Shown in pieces: positions 53,886-54,436 of a stretch of 54,436 nt of DNA. The number at the start of each line of letters is the position of its first letter. Within the stretch, counting starts at the first letter, position 1. The notes under the pieces were generated by a model. It was not told the origin of the DNA. It saw only the letters and a list, made by a program, of their open reading frames with translations, and ran no database searches. The stretch comes from an uncultured Candidatus Saccharibacteria bacterium (GTDB lineage Bacteria; Patescibacteriota; WWE3; UBA101185; UBA10185). The DNA lies in the NCBI GenBank assembly GCA_964434935.1, contig CAYSWS010000004.1:1-54436 (forward strand), given 5' to 3'. Both the position numbers and the translations under genes were made by a program.

Positions 53886-54436
53886 ATGCTGGTTTCCATC
53901 ATAATACCTGCTTACAAACAGGAAAAAACTATAAAACAAGATATATTGAATATCTACGAATCCATGGCCAAGACACGCTGGGATTTTGAGGTCATCGTCA
54001 TAGATGACGGCTCTCCGGATAAGACTTATCGAGAGGCTAAGAAGATCAAAAAAGAAAATATAAAAGTCCACCGTTACAAAAAAAACCTTGGTAAGGGATT
54101 TGCTGTGAAATACGGCATGGCCAGAGCCGTGGGAGATTTTATCGCTTTCATCGACTCAGGTATGGAGATTAATCCTAACAACATTTCCATGATCCTCGAA
54201 CACATGATCTGGTACGATTCGGATATTATTGTGGGCAGCAAGAGGCACTCAGCTTCCAAAGTGAACTATTCTTTCATGAGGCGGGTGTATAGCGAAGGCT
54301 ATTTTAGATTAGTGCAGGTGTTGTTTGGCTTGCGCGTTCGTGATACGCAGACCGGTCTGAAAGTATTTAAGCGAAAGGTGCTGGAAAAGGTCCTGCCCAG
54401 ATTGCTGGTCAAGGCATTTGCTTTTGACATTGAGCT
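53886..54436 (+). CDS. GT2 glycosyltransferase, 3' end cut by window edge
   Basis: My own translation from ATG 53886 gives MLVSIIIPAYKQEKTI...VIVIDDGSPDKT...IAFIDSGMEI...RDTQTGLKVF, open to the last base. It is absent from the ORF track because no stop is reached. Confidence 0.85.
   Translation, partial: MLVSIIIPAYKQEKTIKQDILNIYESMAKTRWDFEVIVIDDGSPDKTYREAKKIKKENIKVHRYKKNLGKGFAVKYGMARAVGDFIAFIDSGMEINPNNISMILEHMIWYDSDIIVGSKRHSASKVNYSFMRRVYSEGYFRLVQVLFGLRVRDTQTGLKVFKRKVLEKVLPRLLVKAFAFDIE

Noticed and set aside
1-54436. Search for CRISPR arrays, tRNA/rRNA genes, transposases or integrases, prophage genes, and a recoded genetic code
   Set aside because: The only spaced direct repeats are the short pair at 4380-4411. 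No spacer is long enough or cloverleaf-like enough to be a tRNA. No recombinase-like ORF is present. All conserved proteins read full-length with TGA/TAA/TAG as stops (for example, rpsJ ends in TGA), so a code 4 or code 25 reassignment is not supported.

Overview
Gene-dense bacterial chromosome segment read with the standard genetic code (TGA is a stop). It has no uL30 gene, tandem type IV pilins, compact ribosomal proteins and no spacer above about 175 bp. This fits a small-genome CPR/Patescibacteria-like organism, but lineage is inference only. Layout: (i) 1-1866 holds two tandem type IV pilin paralogs and an unknown single-pass membrane protein. (ii) 1905-10889 is a mixed-strand envelope/housekeeping block: YvcK-like protein, an ECF sigma factor coupled to a degenerate Mur-ligase-like protein, mraY, a low-GC P-loop kinase-like gene, a membrane-anchored MurF-like ligase, a small unknown ORF, an RsmB/NOL1-family methyltransferase, a TPR-fused GT-C-like membrane protein and lepB. 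(iii) 10991-33066 is an uninterrupted rpoB-rpoC-rpsL-rpsG-fusA-tuf-S10-spc array ending secY-ybaB-adk. (iv) 33076-54436 continues on the same strand and runs off the window. It holds a doubly membrane-anchored CAP-domain protein, a small membrane protein and a roughly 20 kb glycosylation locus: 4 GT2 polyprenyl-phosphate-sugar-synthase-like enzymes (one fused to GtrA), Ugd, 3 GT4, 4 ArnT/PMT-like GT-C proteins, a DUF2079 protein, 2 Wzx-type flippases and a UPF0104 flippase-like protein. I found no rRNA, tRNA, CRISPR array, transposase or integrase. The best candidates for new biology are the GT-C-rich two-compartment glycosylation locus attached to the ribosomal superoperon, the sigma factor / pseudo-Mur-ligase pair, the membrane-anchored MurF-like ligase, a 176-nt promoter-plus-terminator spacer inside the S10 operon next to a miniaturised uL3, and a recurrent extended -10 / near-leaderless start architecture. 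All family assignments come from reading motifs by eye. No searches were run.
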